In this document: positions 18,669 through 27,937 of the stretch, piece after piece
How the letters are laid out: the number at the start of each line of letters is the position of its first letter
Numbering within the stretch: position 1 is the first letter of the stretch
NCBI GenBank assembly: GCA_949286165.1
Contig: CASDZK010000004.1
Span: 3,302-67,301, forward strand
DNA length: 64,000 nt
Direction: 5' to 3'
Source: an uncultured Alistipes sp.
GTDB lineage: Bacteria > Bacteroidota > Bacteroidia > Bacteroidales > Rikenellaceae
Translations under genes and position numbers: made by a program
The notes under the pieces: generated by a model
Told to the model about the DNA's origin: nothing
The model's database searches: none
Seen by the model: only the letters and a program-made list of their open reading frames with translations

Positions 18669-21008
18669 ATGGCAAGAATAATGAAACGACACAAAATTAA
18701 AATCATTACGGGCAGTATCGTCCTGATTATATGTATCGTTTTACTTTTCAGAATAGGACGTGCCGCATTCGATCCGTTTACCGATACTTACTCCCCCGTA
18801 CTTTTCGACCGTAACGGACGATTGTTATGCGCCACCGTCTCCGGAACCGAACAATGGTTCTTCCCTCCGGGCAAAACCCCAGATAAATTCAAAAAAGCCC
18901 TTATTGCTTTCGAAGACAAACGTTTCTATTACCATTTCGGCATAGATCCCATCGCTATCGCTCGCGCTCTGCGGTCCAACTTCCGCTCTTCCCGAATCGT
19001 CAGCGGCGCCAGTACCATTACCATGCAAACGATTCGCCTGAGCCGGCAAGGGAAACCGCGAACCGTTCCGGAAAAAATCACGGAAGCCGTTCGGGCTATC
19101 GGGTTGGAAATGATATTTACCAAAGCGGAAATACTGGACATGTATGCCGCCCATGCCCCTTTCGGAGGCAACGTCATAGGTCTCGAAGCGGCCGCCCAAC
19201 GGTATTTCGGCCGCAACGCCGCCGAACTGTCATGGGCGGAAGCGGCCATGCTGGCCGTATTGCCGAATTCTCCGTCTCTCATTCATCTGGAAAGAAACCG
19301 CGACAAACTCCTGCAAAAAAGAAACCGTTTATTACGGCGGTTGCTGGAAAATCAAAGCATCACTCCTTCCGAATACGAACGGGCATTATGGGAACCGCTG
19401 CCCGAAAAACCGGTCGAATTTCCCCAACATGCCTACCATTTGGCCAATAAACAGCAAGGTACCAGCACCTTAGACCTTACTCTCCAGAAACGGGCAGAAG
19501 AAATTACTGACCGATACGGTCGCGAATATGCCGATAATTTCATCTACAACATCGCCGTAGTTATCGCCGATGTCGAGAAAAACGAAATCTTAGCTTATAT
19601 CGGCAATACCCCTTATCTGCATAACCGGCACAACGGGTATGTAGATGCGGCATCGGCTCCGCGCAGTACCGGCAGCATACTGAAACCCGTCTTGTACGCC
19701 GCCATGATGAGCGAGGGCTCCCTGTTACCCCATACGCTCGTCTCCGACACTCCCTTGAACATCAACGGATTCACGCCGCAAAACTACAATAGGACCTTTC
19801 AGGGAGTGGTTCCTGCCTCCCAAGCCGTCCGGCATTCGCTGAACGTTCCCCTCGTACGCATGATCAACCGATACGGAATCGGCCGTTTCAAAGTCATGTT
19901 ACAGCAACTGGGACTTACCACGTTGAACCGCACGGAATCCGACTACGGTTCAACATTGATATTGGGGGGAGCGGAAGGCAAATTAATCGAAATTACCGGA
20001 ATGTACGCCTCGTTGGCCCGTTTTCTGAACGCATACGACAAAGCCCGAGGACAAAACGACTCCCTGCTTTTAACCGAATTCGTCCGTCCGCTAAGTTCCG
20101 TTCCCGATTCTCTCCGCAAGACCGGTTCCGTCCGGCTTTCGAAACAAAAACACCTTTCCCTCTCTCCGGCCGCCTTATGGTATATGTTCGACTGTATGTC
20201 CGGCGTCAACCGGCCGGAAGAAGAAGCCTCTTGGCAAATGTTCAATTCGTCCCGGCAAATCGCATGGAAAACGGGAACCAGCTACGGAGGACGCGATGCC
20301 TGGGCCGTAGGCGTCACGCCGGAATATGCCGTAGGCGTATGGGTAGGCAACGCGACGGGACAAGGACGGGCTTCGCTGACCGGCGTAGGAAACGCCGCAC
20401 CGCTATTATTCGAACTGTTCGCCTTGCTGCCTCGAACGACATGGTTCGACAAACCGTACAACGACATGAAACCCGCCCTGATATGTAGAAAAAGCGGACA
20501 TTTGGCCGGACCTTATTGCGAACCCATAGACAGCTGCTACATTCCCGTTGCAGGAATATCTTCCCGATTATGCCCTTACCACAAACAAATCCACATCGAA
20601 ACCGATTCTTCTTCCAATACCCGCACGCCGGTCAATGTTTTCGTTCTATCTCCGGCCCAGGAATGGTATTACGCTTCCGCGAATCCGGACTATGTTCCGA
20701 TCCCGCAAGAATACCTCACTCAAGGCATCATCAACCCGATAGAAAGCATATATCCGGAATGGGGAACCCGAATCATCGTACCCCGGGGCAGAGACGGACA
20801 ACCGGAAAGAATCATTTTCCGGGCCGCCCACAGTCAACCGGAAACCACGCTTTACTGGCATATCGACAATGAATACATAGCTGCGACGCAAAAAGACCAC
20901 TCGCTTTCCGTATTGCCGGAAACCGGGGAACATTATCTGACCTTAGTCGATGAATACGGCAACCGAAAAAGCATTTTATTCTACGTGCAAACTTCTTATC
21001 AAAAATAA
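18669..21008 (+). CDS. pbpC: penicillin-binding protein 1C (bifunctional glycosyltransferase/transpeptidase)
   Basis: TM anchor. GT51 motifs FEDKRFYYHFGIDP and GASTITMQ. Transpeptidase motifs STGSILKP (SxxK), SLN and KTGTSYG. PBP1C-type C-terminal domain. An alternative ATG lies at 18681. Confidence 0.9.
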   Translation: MARIMKRHKIKIITGSIVLIICIVLLFRIGRAAFDPFTDTYSPVLFDRNGRLLCATVSGTEQWFFPPGKTPDKFKKALIAFEDKRFYYHFGIDPIAIARALRSNFRSSRIVSGASTITMQTIRLSRQGKPRTVPEKITEAVRAIGLEMIFTKAEILDMYAAHAPFGGNVIGLEAAAQRYFGRNAAELSWAEAAMLAVLPNSPSLIHLERNRDKLLQKRNRLLRRLLENQSITPSEYERALWEPLPEKPVEFPQHAYHLANKQQGTSTLDLTLQKRAEEITDRYGREYADNFIYNIAVVIADVEKNEILAYIGNTPYLHNRHNGYVDAASAPRSTGSILKPVLYAAMMSEGSLLPHTLVSDTPLNINGFTPQNYNRTFQGVVPASQAVRHSLNVPLVRMINRYGIGRFKVMLQQLGLTTLNRTESDYGSTLILGGAEGKLIEITGMYASLARFLNAYDKARGQNDSLLLTEFVRPLSSVPDSLRKTGSVRLSKQKHLSLSPAALWYMFDCMSGVNRPEEEASWQMFNSSRQIAWKTGTSYGGRDAWAVGVTPEYAVGVWVGNATGQGRASLTGVGNAAPLLFELFALLPRTTWFDKPYNDMKPALICRKSGHLAGPYCEPIDSCYIPVAGISSRLCPYHKQIHIETDSSSNTRTPVNVFVLSPAQEWYYASANPDYVPIPQEYLTQGIINPIESIYPEWGTRIIVPRGRDGQPERIIFRAAHSQPETTLYWHIDNEYIAATQKDHSLSVLPETGEHYLTLVDEYGNRKSILFYVQTSYQK

Positions 21009-21045
21009 TTCTCATTCTTCCCCCCTTGACAAACCTTCAAAAAAA

Positions 21046-21122
21046 GATCGTCCGGTTTTTCCAACAGACCTGCAAACCCGATTCTCCAGAGCTGAATCGG
21101 TTTACCGGAAAACCGGACGATC
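21046..21122. terminator. long hairpin terminator after pbpC (first A-tract/hairpin module)
   Basis: GATCGTCCGGTTTT (21046-21059) is the perfect reverse complement of 21109-21122. A7 precedes it and CCTTTTTT follows. An inner AAACC(C)GATT/AATCGGTTT pairing is also possible. Confidence 0.7.
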
Positions 21123-21370
21123 ATCCTTTTTTATCCCTCACGGCCATCAACCCGTTGCGGAAGGTGCGGACGGCTGCCGCTCACGCTATCCGCTTCCGGA
21201 AAAAAGAACGGCAAGGATTGTTAAAAAGGGGCCGTCCCTCACAAATGCCTATGGAAACCCTCCCGAACAAAAGTCAAGAAGGAACACACGAGAGGAAAAC
21301 GGCCCCGAACGAGTATGCCCGCTACACGGAAATTCGCTTTGAAAATGATTTCAACCCGATTCGTTTCGAT

Positions 21371-21443
21371 TAAAAAAGGGAACGGACAACCGATACCAGA
21401 ACGAAAACCCTCTGAAACGAAGGTATTCCCGGAAACCGTTCCC
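21371..21443. repeat. A-tract + GGGAAC long-hairpin module, copy A
   Basis: TAAAAAAGGGAACGG (21371-21385) ... CCGTTCCC (21436-21443). The 13-mer TAAAAAAGGGAAC recurs identically at 21581. Confidence 0.6.
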
Positions 21444-21580
21444 GGCCGTCGGCAAATACCCCACGCGAAGCGGTTACTTTGAGGACGGCTTTTATCTTTA
21501 CCACAAACAGAAAGACCGGAAAATGAAACAGAACACGGCTTCCGGGGAAACGGTCCGCACAAAGCCGGGGAGAAAGATCG

Positions 21581-21656
21581 TAAAAAAGGGAACAAGGCTT
21601 CGGTCCCAGAGTAAAGAGACCCGCATACGCAAAGTCCCTTTGTGAAGCCTGTTCCC
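21581..21656. repeat. A-tract + GGGAAC long-hairpin module, copy B
   Basis: TAAAAAAGGGAACAAGGCTTC (21581-21601) pairs with GAAGCCTGTTCCC (21644-21656). That gives 13 bp with one bulged A. Confidence 0.6.
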
Positions 21657-21763
21657 CTATTGAAAGCAAGCATATTCCGGTCGGTACGAAACGACCGGAC
21701 TCGACACATTAAAGAATGAGTATATTTTACTAAATCATTACCTGTAAATCGACAAAAAGAAGG

Positions 21764-21827
21764 GAACGGACTGCGGCCAGAAAAAGAAACACCGAAAGAA
21801 TCGCTGTCTTTCGCAAAGCCCGTTCCC
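21764..21827. repeat. A-tract + GGGAAC long-hairpin module, copy C
   Basis: AAAAAGAAGGGAACGGAC (21764-21781) ... CCGTTCCC (21820-21827). The arms are the same as in copy A. Confidence 0.55.
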
Positions 21828-22351
21828 GATATGTCCGATACGCCGCAACAGGCATACCGATTCCTTCCGATTCCCTGACGGGCAACGGAAACAAGCCGTA
21901 TGTTATTTATGATGCGGGACGCTACGGAATACATAACTTTATCGATAAACCGTGGATGAATGGCGTCCCTGAAAAGCATAAAAAAACAGAGGACGCATTA
22001 GCAGCCCCTACGAAGGTCTTGGGAACCCGAAATCGGAACCGTCCTGCGCCCCTGTCAGTCCCGTACAAAAAATATACGGGACATAACAAGAGCCGACAAT
22101 TTATACCGATTTCAAACAAACTCCAACAAGAGTCTCCCAAGTTTTCGATAGGTATAAAGAGTTGTTTACCCTTTATATTATGTCCGCCGTTATGACGAAT
22201 TAATCATTTTCCTTTTCATAGTTCACAACTTTTTTCTTTTAAGCGGCTCCTGCCGCCCCCATCGGAAACTTTTGCAAACTATTTGCAGGAATTATGAAAC
22301 AAATGTAATCGGTTTTATGGATTATACCAAACAAAATCTCGTTTTTTTTCA

Positions 22352-22359
22352 TAATTTTG
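22352..22359 (+). promoter_or_regulatory. candidate -7 promoter box (TAatTTTG) for NT-HEPN gene, leaderless-type spacing
   Basis: Exact TAnnTTTG match. Its G lies 5 nt before the ATG at 22365. Confidence 0.4.
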
Positions 22360-22364
22360 TGATT

Positions 22365-23255
22365 ATGAAACGAAGTATTCGATTTTTACCGCCCCGGAAA
22401 CAGGACGATTTACGCCAGCTTACCGAATTGATTCGCAAGCATATCAAAGATGTCGAAATGGTTATTTTGTTCGGCAGCTACGCACGCGGAACTTACGTGG
22501 ATTACGACCAGCGTATCGAATTCGATACGCCGACCTATTTCATGAGCGATTACGATATTTTGATTTTGACGAAAAAGCCGATGGGGGCGGTCAAATACTC
22601 CCTGTTCGCAAAAATAGAAGATTTGTTTTTCGTTCATAAAAACCGATCGTTTCATACCCAGCCCCAGTTTATCGATTACGGTATCGAAGATTTCAACTAT
22701 GCTTTGAGTAAGGGACACTATTTCGAGACGGAAATCAAACAACAGGGAATTATATTGTACGATTCGGGACATTACCGGTTGGCCCGGCGCAGGAAACTCG
22801 ACTTTGCGGAAATAGGAGAAAGAGCGCAAAAATACTTTGATGACAAATTCGGAAGGGCATTAAGTTTTTTTATCGATGTCGAACATGCTACAAGCCGTAA
22901 AGATTATAAACAAGCTTCGTTCTATTTACACCAGGCTACTGAAAATTTTCTACGGACTATCCCGATGGTGTTTATTCTGTACGGTTACAAGGATCATGAT
23001 TTGGAAAAATTGATGAATTATTGCAAGAAATTCACGACCGAAATTTTCCGTGTTTTTCCCTGCGATACCGAAGAAGAAAAACGGTTGTTCAACCTTTTGC
23101 AAAGAGCTTACATAGAATCGCGGTACAACTCCGAATTCGAAATAACGAAAGAAGACATCGACGCACTCGTGCCGAAGGTGGAAATGCTCCGCGACATCGT
23201 GGAAAAAGTCTGCCGGGAACAACTCGATTACTATGCCTCGCAAAGCCGGAAATAA
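22365..23255 (+). CDS. fused minimal nucleotidyltransferase (MNT) + HEPN domain protein
   Basis: NTase motifs FGSYARG ... SDYDILIL. HEPN-like helices follow (FYLHQATENFL, DHDLEKL, RAYIESRYN). ATG 22365 (MKRSIRF) is preferred over the TTG at 22272. Confidence 0.8.
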   Translation: MKRSIRFLPPRKQDDLRQLTELIRKHIKDVEMVILFGSYARGTYVDYDQRIEFDTPTYFMSDYDILILTKKPMGAVKYSLFAKIEDLFFVHKNRSFHTQPQFIDYGIEDFNYALSKGHYFETEIKQQGIILYDSGHYRLARRRKLDFAEIGERAQKYFDDKFGRALSFFIDVEHATSRKDYKQASFYLHQATENFLRTIPMVFILYGYKDHDLEKLMNYCKKFTTEIFRVFPCDTEEEKRLFNLLQRAYIESRYNSEFEITKEDIDALVPKVEMLRDIVEKVCREQLDYYASQSRK

Positions 23256-23320
23256 ATAACCCGACAAGCACGCTTTCCATCGAAATTTCCGCCGTCGATC
23301 CTTATTTTACAAAATTTCAT

Positions 23321-23328
23321 TATATTTG
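23321..23328 (+). promoter_or_regulatory. candidate -7 promoter box (TAtaTTTG) for GH20 gene
   Basis: Exact TAnnTTTG match, 30 nt upstream of ATG 23358. Confidence 0.5.
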
Positions 23329-23357
23329 CACTTATTCATCAATTATTTTAAATACCT

Positions 23358-25310
23358 ATGAATAAAGTAACGCTACTAATCATTACGATTCATTTATGTA
23401 TCGGCGATTTATTGGCCCAAGTAAATGAAAAGCCGTTCGTTATTCCTCAACTACAGGAATGGAACGGGGGCGAAGGTTTTCTGACCTTGAAAAACAAGGT
23501 ATCCATCGTATTTCCTCAGGAGTATTCGGAACAACTCGCTCCGATAGCCCGCACGCTGGCGAACGATCTGCAGACCATGTTCTCCAAAGCAAGCGAAATC
23601 AATACGGGCACGCCCAAAAAAGGGGACATATTTCTGACTCTGAAACCCGGCTACCTGTTAGGGGAAGAAGGATATAAAATAGACATCGGGAATTACCTGA
23701 CCTTAGAAGCGCCGCATCCGCAGGGAATTTTTTGGGGGACCCGGACTTTGCTGCAACTGTTGGAACAATCGGCGGCTCTGCCCAAGGGGGAAATTACCGA
23801 TTATCCCAAATACGAAGTCCGCGGATTCATGCTCGACTGCGGCCGGAAATTTTTTACCATAGACTTTTTGCGGGACTATGTGAAATTCATGTCGTATTAC
23901 AAGATGAACACGTTCCAGATTCATCTGAACGATAACGGATTCAAAGGCTTTTTCGATGACGATTGGGACAAAACCTACGCCGCTTTCCGGTTGGAAAGCG
24001 AAACCTATCCGGGTTTGACGGCCAAAGACGGCTACTACACGAAAAAAGAATTCATCGATTTGCAAAAACTGGCCGAAGAATACGGAGTAAACATTATTCC
24101 GGAAATAGATGCCCCGGCGCACACGTTGGCTTTCACGCATTACAAACCGGAAATAGGAAGCAAGGAGTACGGCATGGACCATTTGGACCTGTTCAATCCG
24201 GAAACCTATGTTTTCATGGACGGACTTTTCCGGGAGTATCTGGAAGGTCCGGAACCCGTATTCCGCGGCAAGCGCGTACATATAGGCACGGACGAATATT
24301 CCAATAAGGACCAACAGGTCGTGGAAAAATTCAGGTATTTTACCGACCGGTACATCAAACTGGTAGAAGAATACGGAAAACAAGCCGTCGTATGGGGAGC
24401 CCTGACGCACGCTCAAGGAGAAACGCCCGTAAAAAGCGAAAATGTCATCATGAATGCCTGGTACAACGGTTATGCCGATCCGAAAAAAATGGTAGAAGCC
24501 GGCTATGACCTTATTTCCATTCCAGACCGTTACTTGTATATTGTTCCGGCAGCCGGTTACTATTACGACTACCTGAATACCAAATACCTATATGAAAAAT
24601 GGGAACCCGTACAGGTGGGCGGCGTCCGGTTCCGGGACAACGACCCGGCCATTCTGGGCGGCCTGTTCGCCGTATGGAACGACCATGTAGGCAACGGCAT
24701 CTCCCATAAGGACGTACACCACCGCGTATGGCCGGCCATGCAAACGCTGGCGGTCAAGATGTGGAGCGGAAGCCGCGACCTTATTCCTTTCGAGGAATTC
24801 GACAAGAAACGGGAAACCATCAGCGAAGCTCCGGGAGTAAATCTTTCGGGACGCGTAAAAAACAGCAAACCGGGGCAAACGGTTCTTTCGAAAGAAATCG
24901 CCCGAAGCGAAGACACTACCGCCTTATATGAAATCGGCTACAACTACCGGGTGGAATTCGACCTGACCCTGTCAGACAACCCTTCGGGCACTATCCTATT
25001 CAAAAACAAGAACGCCACGGTTTACGCAAGCGACCCGAAAACCGGCAAGTTAGGGTTCGAGCGGGACGGATACCTGAACACTTTCGATTACACCGTTCCG
25101 ACCGGACAAACGGTCAAGCTGGCCATTGAAGGCGACAACCGCGAAACCCGGCTGTTCGTGAACGGCCAGTTGCAGGAAACGCTGAAACCGGAAGCCATCG
25201 TAAAAGACAACGGGAAAAAGATGCAATACATACAAACCCTCGTCTTTCCTTTGGCCGAAGTAGGAAAAATAAACGGGGAAATAAAAAATTTGCAAGTAAC
25301 TGTTTTATAA
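23358..25310 (+). CDS. GH20 beta-N-acetylhexosaminidase, secreted
   Basis: Signal peptide. VRGFMLDCGRKFF, IPEIDAPAHT and HIGTDEY (catalytic D-E pair); 650 aa. Confidence 0.9.
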   Translation: MNKVTLLIITIHLCIGDLLAQVNEKPFVIPQLQEWNGGEGFLTLKNKVSIVFPQEYSEQLAPIARTLANDLQTMFSKASEINTGTPKKGDIFLTLKPGYLLGEEGYKIDIGNYLTLEAPHPQGIFWGTRTLLQLLEQSAALPKGEITDYPKYEVRGFMLDCGRKFFTIDFLRDYVKFMSYYKMNTFQIHLNDNGFKGFFDDDWDKTYAAFRLESETYPGLTAKDGYYTKKEFIDLQKLAEEYGVNIIPEIDAPAHTLAFTHYKPEIGSKEYGMDHLDLFNPETYVFMDGLFREYLEGPEPVFRGKRVHIGTDEYSNKDQQVVEKFRYFTDRYIKLVEEYGKQAVVWGALTHAQGETPVKSENVIMNAWYNGYADPKKMVEAGYDLISIPDRYLYIVPAAGYYYDYLNTKYLYEKWEPVQVGGVRFRDNDPAILGGLFAVWNDHVGNGISHKDVHHRVWPAMQTLAVKMWSGSRDLIPFEEFDKKRETISEAPGVNLSGRVKNSKPGQTVLSKEIARSEDTTALYEIGYNYRVEFDLTLSDNPSGTILFKNKNATVYASDPKTGKLGFERDGYLNTFDYTVPTGQTVKLAIEGDNRETRLFVNGQLQETLKPEAIVKDNGKKMQYIQTLVFPLAEVGKINGEIKNLQVTVL

Positions 25311-25333
25311 CCCGACACGAATCCCCGCACTTT

Positions 25334-25367
25334 GCCCCCTGAAAGTTTTGCCAAACTTTCAGGGGGC
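25334..25367 (+). terminator. hairpin terminator after GH20 gene
   Basis: 15-bp perfect stem (GCCCCCTGAAAGTTT, 25334-25348, pairs with 25353-25367) and a 4-nt loop. It lies 24 nt after the stop. Confidence 0.7.
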
Positions 25368-25536
25368 GCTTCATTTCAGGAAAGCCGTTCGAAAACACGC
25401 AAATGCAAAATTCCGACTTTCAAAAACAATAAACCGTATCGAACTGCGAGACCGCACCTTCGGCAAACCGGCTCCTTTCCCGACTTATCGGCCGCAAAAC
25501 CTGTATAATTAAAGGATATTCCCTGCAATTTATACG

Positions 25537-25544
25537 TATCTTTG
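25537..25544 (+). promoter_or_regulatory. candidate -7 promoter box (TAtcTTTG) for bioA
   Basis: Exact TAnnTTTG match, 22 nt upstream of ATG 25566. Confidence 0.5.
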
Positions 25545-25565
25545 CAATGCCTTAGATAACGAAAC

Positions 25566-26852
25566 ATGGATACAGTTAAAAATTTACTCGATTTCGACAG
25601 GGAACATCTCTGGCATCCCTATACGTCAATGATAAACCCGTTGCCGGTTTATCCTGTAAAAAGAGCCGAAGGCGTATATATCGAACTGGAAGACGGAACC
25701 CGGTTGATAGACGGCATGTCTTCGTGGTGGTGCGCCGTACACGGCTATAGCCATCCCCGTCTGAACCGAGCCGCTGCCGAACAGTTGCAGCGGTTCGCCC
25801 ACGTCATGTTCGGCGGCTTGACCCATCGGCCCGCCGTAGAGCTGGCGCGACGGTTGCGCGGCATATTACCGGACGGATTGGACCGTTTTTTCTATTGCGA
25901 CAGCGGATCGGTCGCCGTGGAAGTGGCTATCAAGATGGCTCTGCAATACCAACACGCCCGAAAAAAGACGCCGGTTCCCTGTAAGATAGGAACCATTCGG
26001 GGCGGATACCACGGCGACACATGGCACGCCATGTCGGTATGCGACCCGGTAAGAGGCATGCACACCCTGTACAACGGGCGGTTGCCTATCCAATTTTTCG
26101 TCGATCGTCCGACCGTAGCATTCGATGCCCCGTGGACTCCCGAAGCCATGAAACCATTCGAAACGCTGTTCGAGCAACACGGGACGGAAATGGCCGCCTT
26201 CATTCTCGAACCGATCGTCCAGGGAGCCGGCGGCATGTATTTCTACCATCCGGAATACCTGAAACAATTACGGATTTTATGCGACCAATACGACGTATTG
26301 CTGATCGCCGATGAAATTGCGACAGGTTTCGGACGGACCGGCAAAATGTTCGCCTGCGTTTGGGCGGGAATCGTTCCGGATATCCTATGTATAGGCAAAG
26401 CCATTACCGGAGGATACATGAGTTTCGCCTGCACGATAGCCACGGCAGCCGTAGCCGACACCATATCCGCCAATCCGCCTCATAATTTCATGCACGGCCC
26501 TACTTTCATGGGCAATCCCTTAGCTGCGGCCATTGCCTGCGAAAACCTGGATATGCTGGTCGAAAATCCGCCTTTAGAACGCATTGGCGAAATGGAACGG
26601 ATCATGCGGGAGGAAATGCAGGAAGCCTCATCTCTCTCTTCCGTGGCCGACGTTCGCATATTGGGAGCCATAGGCGTTATAGAGATGAAACGGGAGGTAG
26701 ATATGGCCCACATGCAACGAAAATTCGTCGAAAGAGGAATCTGGATCCGGCCTTTCGGACGTTTGGTATATATCATGCCTCCTTACATCATAACGGACGA
26801 CGAACTGAAAACATTGTGCCGGGGCATGTTGCAAACCGTAAAAGAACAATAA
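25566..26852 (+). CDS. bioA: adenosylmethionine-8-amino-7-oxononanoate aminotransferase
   Basis: Class-III aminotransferase. [19 protein letters not shown] and [12 protein letters not shown] are present, with the PLP-lysine context [10 protein letters not shown]; 428 aa. Confidence 0.9.
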   Translation: MDTVKNLLDFDREHLWHPYTSMINPLPVYPVKRAEGVYIELEDGTRLIDGMSSWWCAVHGYSHPRLNRAAAEQLQRFAHVMFGGLTHRPAVELARRLRGILPDGLDRFFYCDSGSVAVEVAIKMALQYQHARKKTPVPCKIGTIRGGYHGDTWHAMSVCDPVRGMHTLYNGRLPIQFFVDRPTVAFDAPWTPEAMKPFETLFEQHGTEMAAFILEPIVQGAGGMYFYHPEYLKQLRILCDQYDVLLIADEIATGFGRTGKMFACVWAGIVPDILCIGKAITGGYMSFACTIATAAVADTISANPPHNFMHGPTFMGNPLAAAIACENLDMLVENPPLERIGEMERIMREEMQEASSLSSVADVRILGAIGVIEMKREVDMAHMQRKFVERGIWIRPFGRLVYIMPPYIITDDELKTLCRGMLQTVKEQ

Positions 26853-26872
26853 AAGACATAAACCGCAAAATC

Positions 26873-27739
26873 ATGAAAACAATCATCGGGGCAACCCTTG
26901 TTATTGCCGTATTGACCTCCTGCATGGGCGAACGGAAGAAAAACGAACGGGTCATACAGGAAATATCCGTTCAGAACGACTCTTTACAGTATGTAATCAA
27001 CAACAAAGATTCGATCATCAACGACGCGCTATTGACGATCAGCGACATTACCGTCTCGTTAAGCGACATAAAACGGAGGGAAGGGCTGGTCATTTCGCAG
27101 GCTGAAATAGGGAAAGTACCCAAAGACCAGATAAAAGCGGACCTGAACGACATAGCCGCCATCTTAAAAGAAAAAAACGAACAACTGAAACGGCTTGAGA
27201 AAGCGGCCGGACAATTATCGAAAGCCAACGTGGAAATCGAAGGGTTGCAGAAACTGGTAGCCGAAATGACGCGGCAGGTAAAAGAAAAAGACGCGACCAT
27301 TGCCGACATGTTGAAAAACATCGACAATCTAAAAGAGGAAATCGCCAAGCTCAACACCGAAATCGTATCGGCCGCACAGACCAACCAAAACCTGACGCAA
27401 ACGTTGGAACAAACGACCAATGACCTGAACACGGCCTATTACATTGCAGGAGAAGAAAAATTCTTATTGGAGTCGGGCATCCTGATAAAAAAAGGAGCCA
27501 TCGGGCGTACGCTCGCCGTCAATCCGGATTTGGATAAAACCAAACTGACCAAAATAGACATCAGAAACGTAGATCGCATCGAAATCAAAGGGAAAAAAGT
27601 GGAAATTATCGGCGGTTTTCCCACCACCTCCTACTCATTGGAAGAAGGCAGCGGAAAAAAAGAAATCAACGCACTGCTGATTCAGGACAAAGAAGCTTTC
27701 TGGAAAAACGACCGGATATTGGTCATATCTTATAAATAA
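26873..27739 (+). CDS. coiled-coil lipoprotein, function unknown
   Basis: Lipoprotein signal MKTIIGATLVIAVLTSC. A long heptad-like central region (LKEKNEQLKRLEKAAGQL...LKEEIAKLNTEI) precedes a globular C-terminus. ATG 26873 is preferred over the upstream extension. Confidence 0.7.
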   Translation: MKTIIGATLVIAVLTSCMGERKKNERVIQEISVQNDSLQYVINNKDSIINDALLTISDITVSLSDIKRREGLVISQAEIGKVPKDQIKADLNDIAAILKEKNEQLKRLEKAAGQLSKANVEIEGLQKLVAEMTRQVKEKDATIADMLKNIDNLKEEIAKLNTEIVSAAQTNQNLTQTLEQTTNDLNTAYYIAGEEKFLLESGILIKKGAIGRTLAVNPDLDKTKLTKIDIRNVDRIEIKGKKVEIIGGFPTTSYSLEEGSGKKEINALLIQDKEAFWKNDRILVISYK

Positions 27740-27754
27740 CCGCTTTTCAATCTG

Positions 27755-27791
27755 CGCTACGTGTCTCCTTTTACCTGGGAGACACGTAGCG
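27755..27791 (+). terminator. hairpin terminator after coiled-coil lipoprotein gene
   Basis: GCTACGTGTCTCC (27756-27768) is the perfect reverse complement of 27778-27790, and one more C-G pair extends the stem. 9-nt loop. Confidence 0.65.
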
Positions 27792-27890
27792 TGCATATTG
27801 GAGCAACCGCTGTACGGGAACTGTATCTTATTTTCATTGTCCAAATCGCATTTTTCAACAGATTATCCTGAAAAAACAAAATAATATTTT

Positions 27891-27898
27891 TATCTTTG
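27891..27898 (+). promoter_or_regulatory. candidate -7 promoter box (TAtcTTTG) for FAD oxidoreductase gene
   Basis: Exact TAnnTTTG match, 40 nt upstream of ATG 27938. Confidence 0.5.
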
Positions 27899-27937
27899 TT
27901 CACAACCCGAAACAATAACGACCCTAAAACACATTCC

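Noticed and set aside
18576-18692. N-terminal extension of the A2M ORF that overlaps the pbpC start
   Set aside because: A canonical lipoprotein signal begins at the ATG at 18575. The extension would place about 40 non-signal residues in front of it and overlap the divergent gene.
21026-21373. 115-aa plus-strand ORF (TTG start) immediately after pbpC
   Set aside because: It starts within the pbpC terminator hairpin region and runs through it. There is no promoter box, and the product is basic and low-complexity.
21239-21979. 246-aa minus-strand ORF spanning the repeat-rich spacer
   Set aside because: It is Cys/Arg/Phe/Gly/Ser-rich with no secondary-structure periodicity or motif. It reads straight through the hairpin modules. 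I treat the region as non-coding, though a pseudogene origin remains possible.
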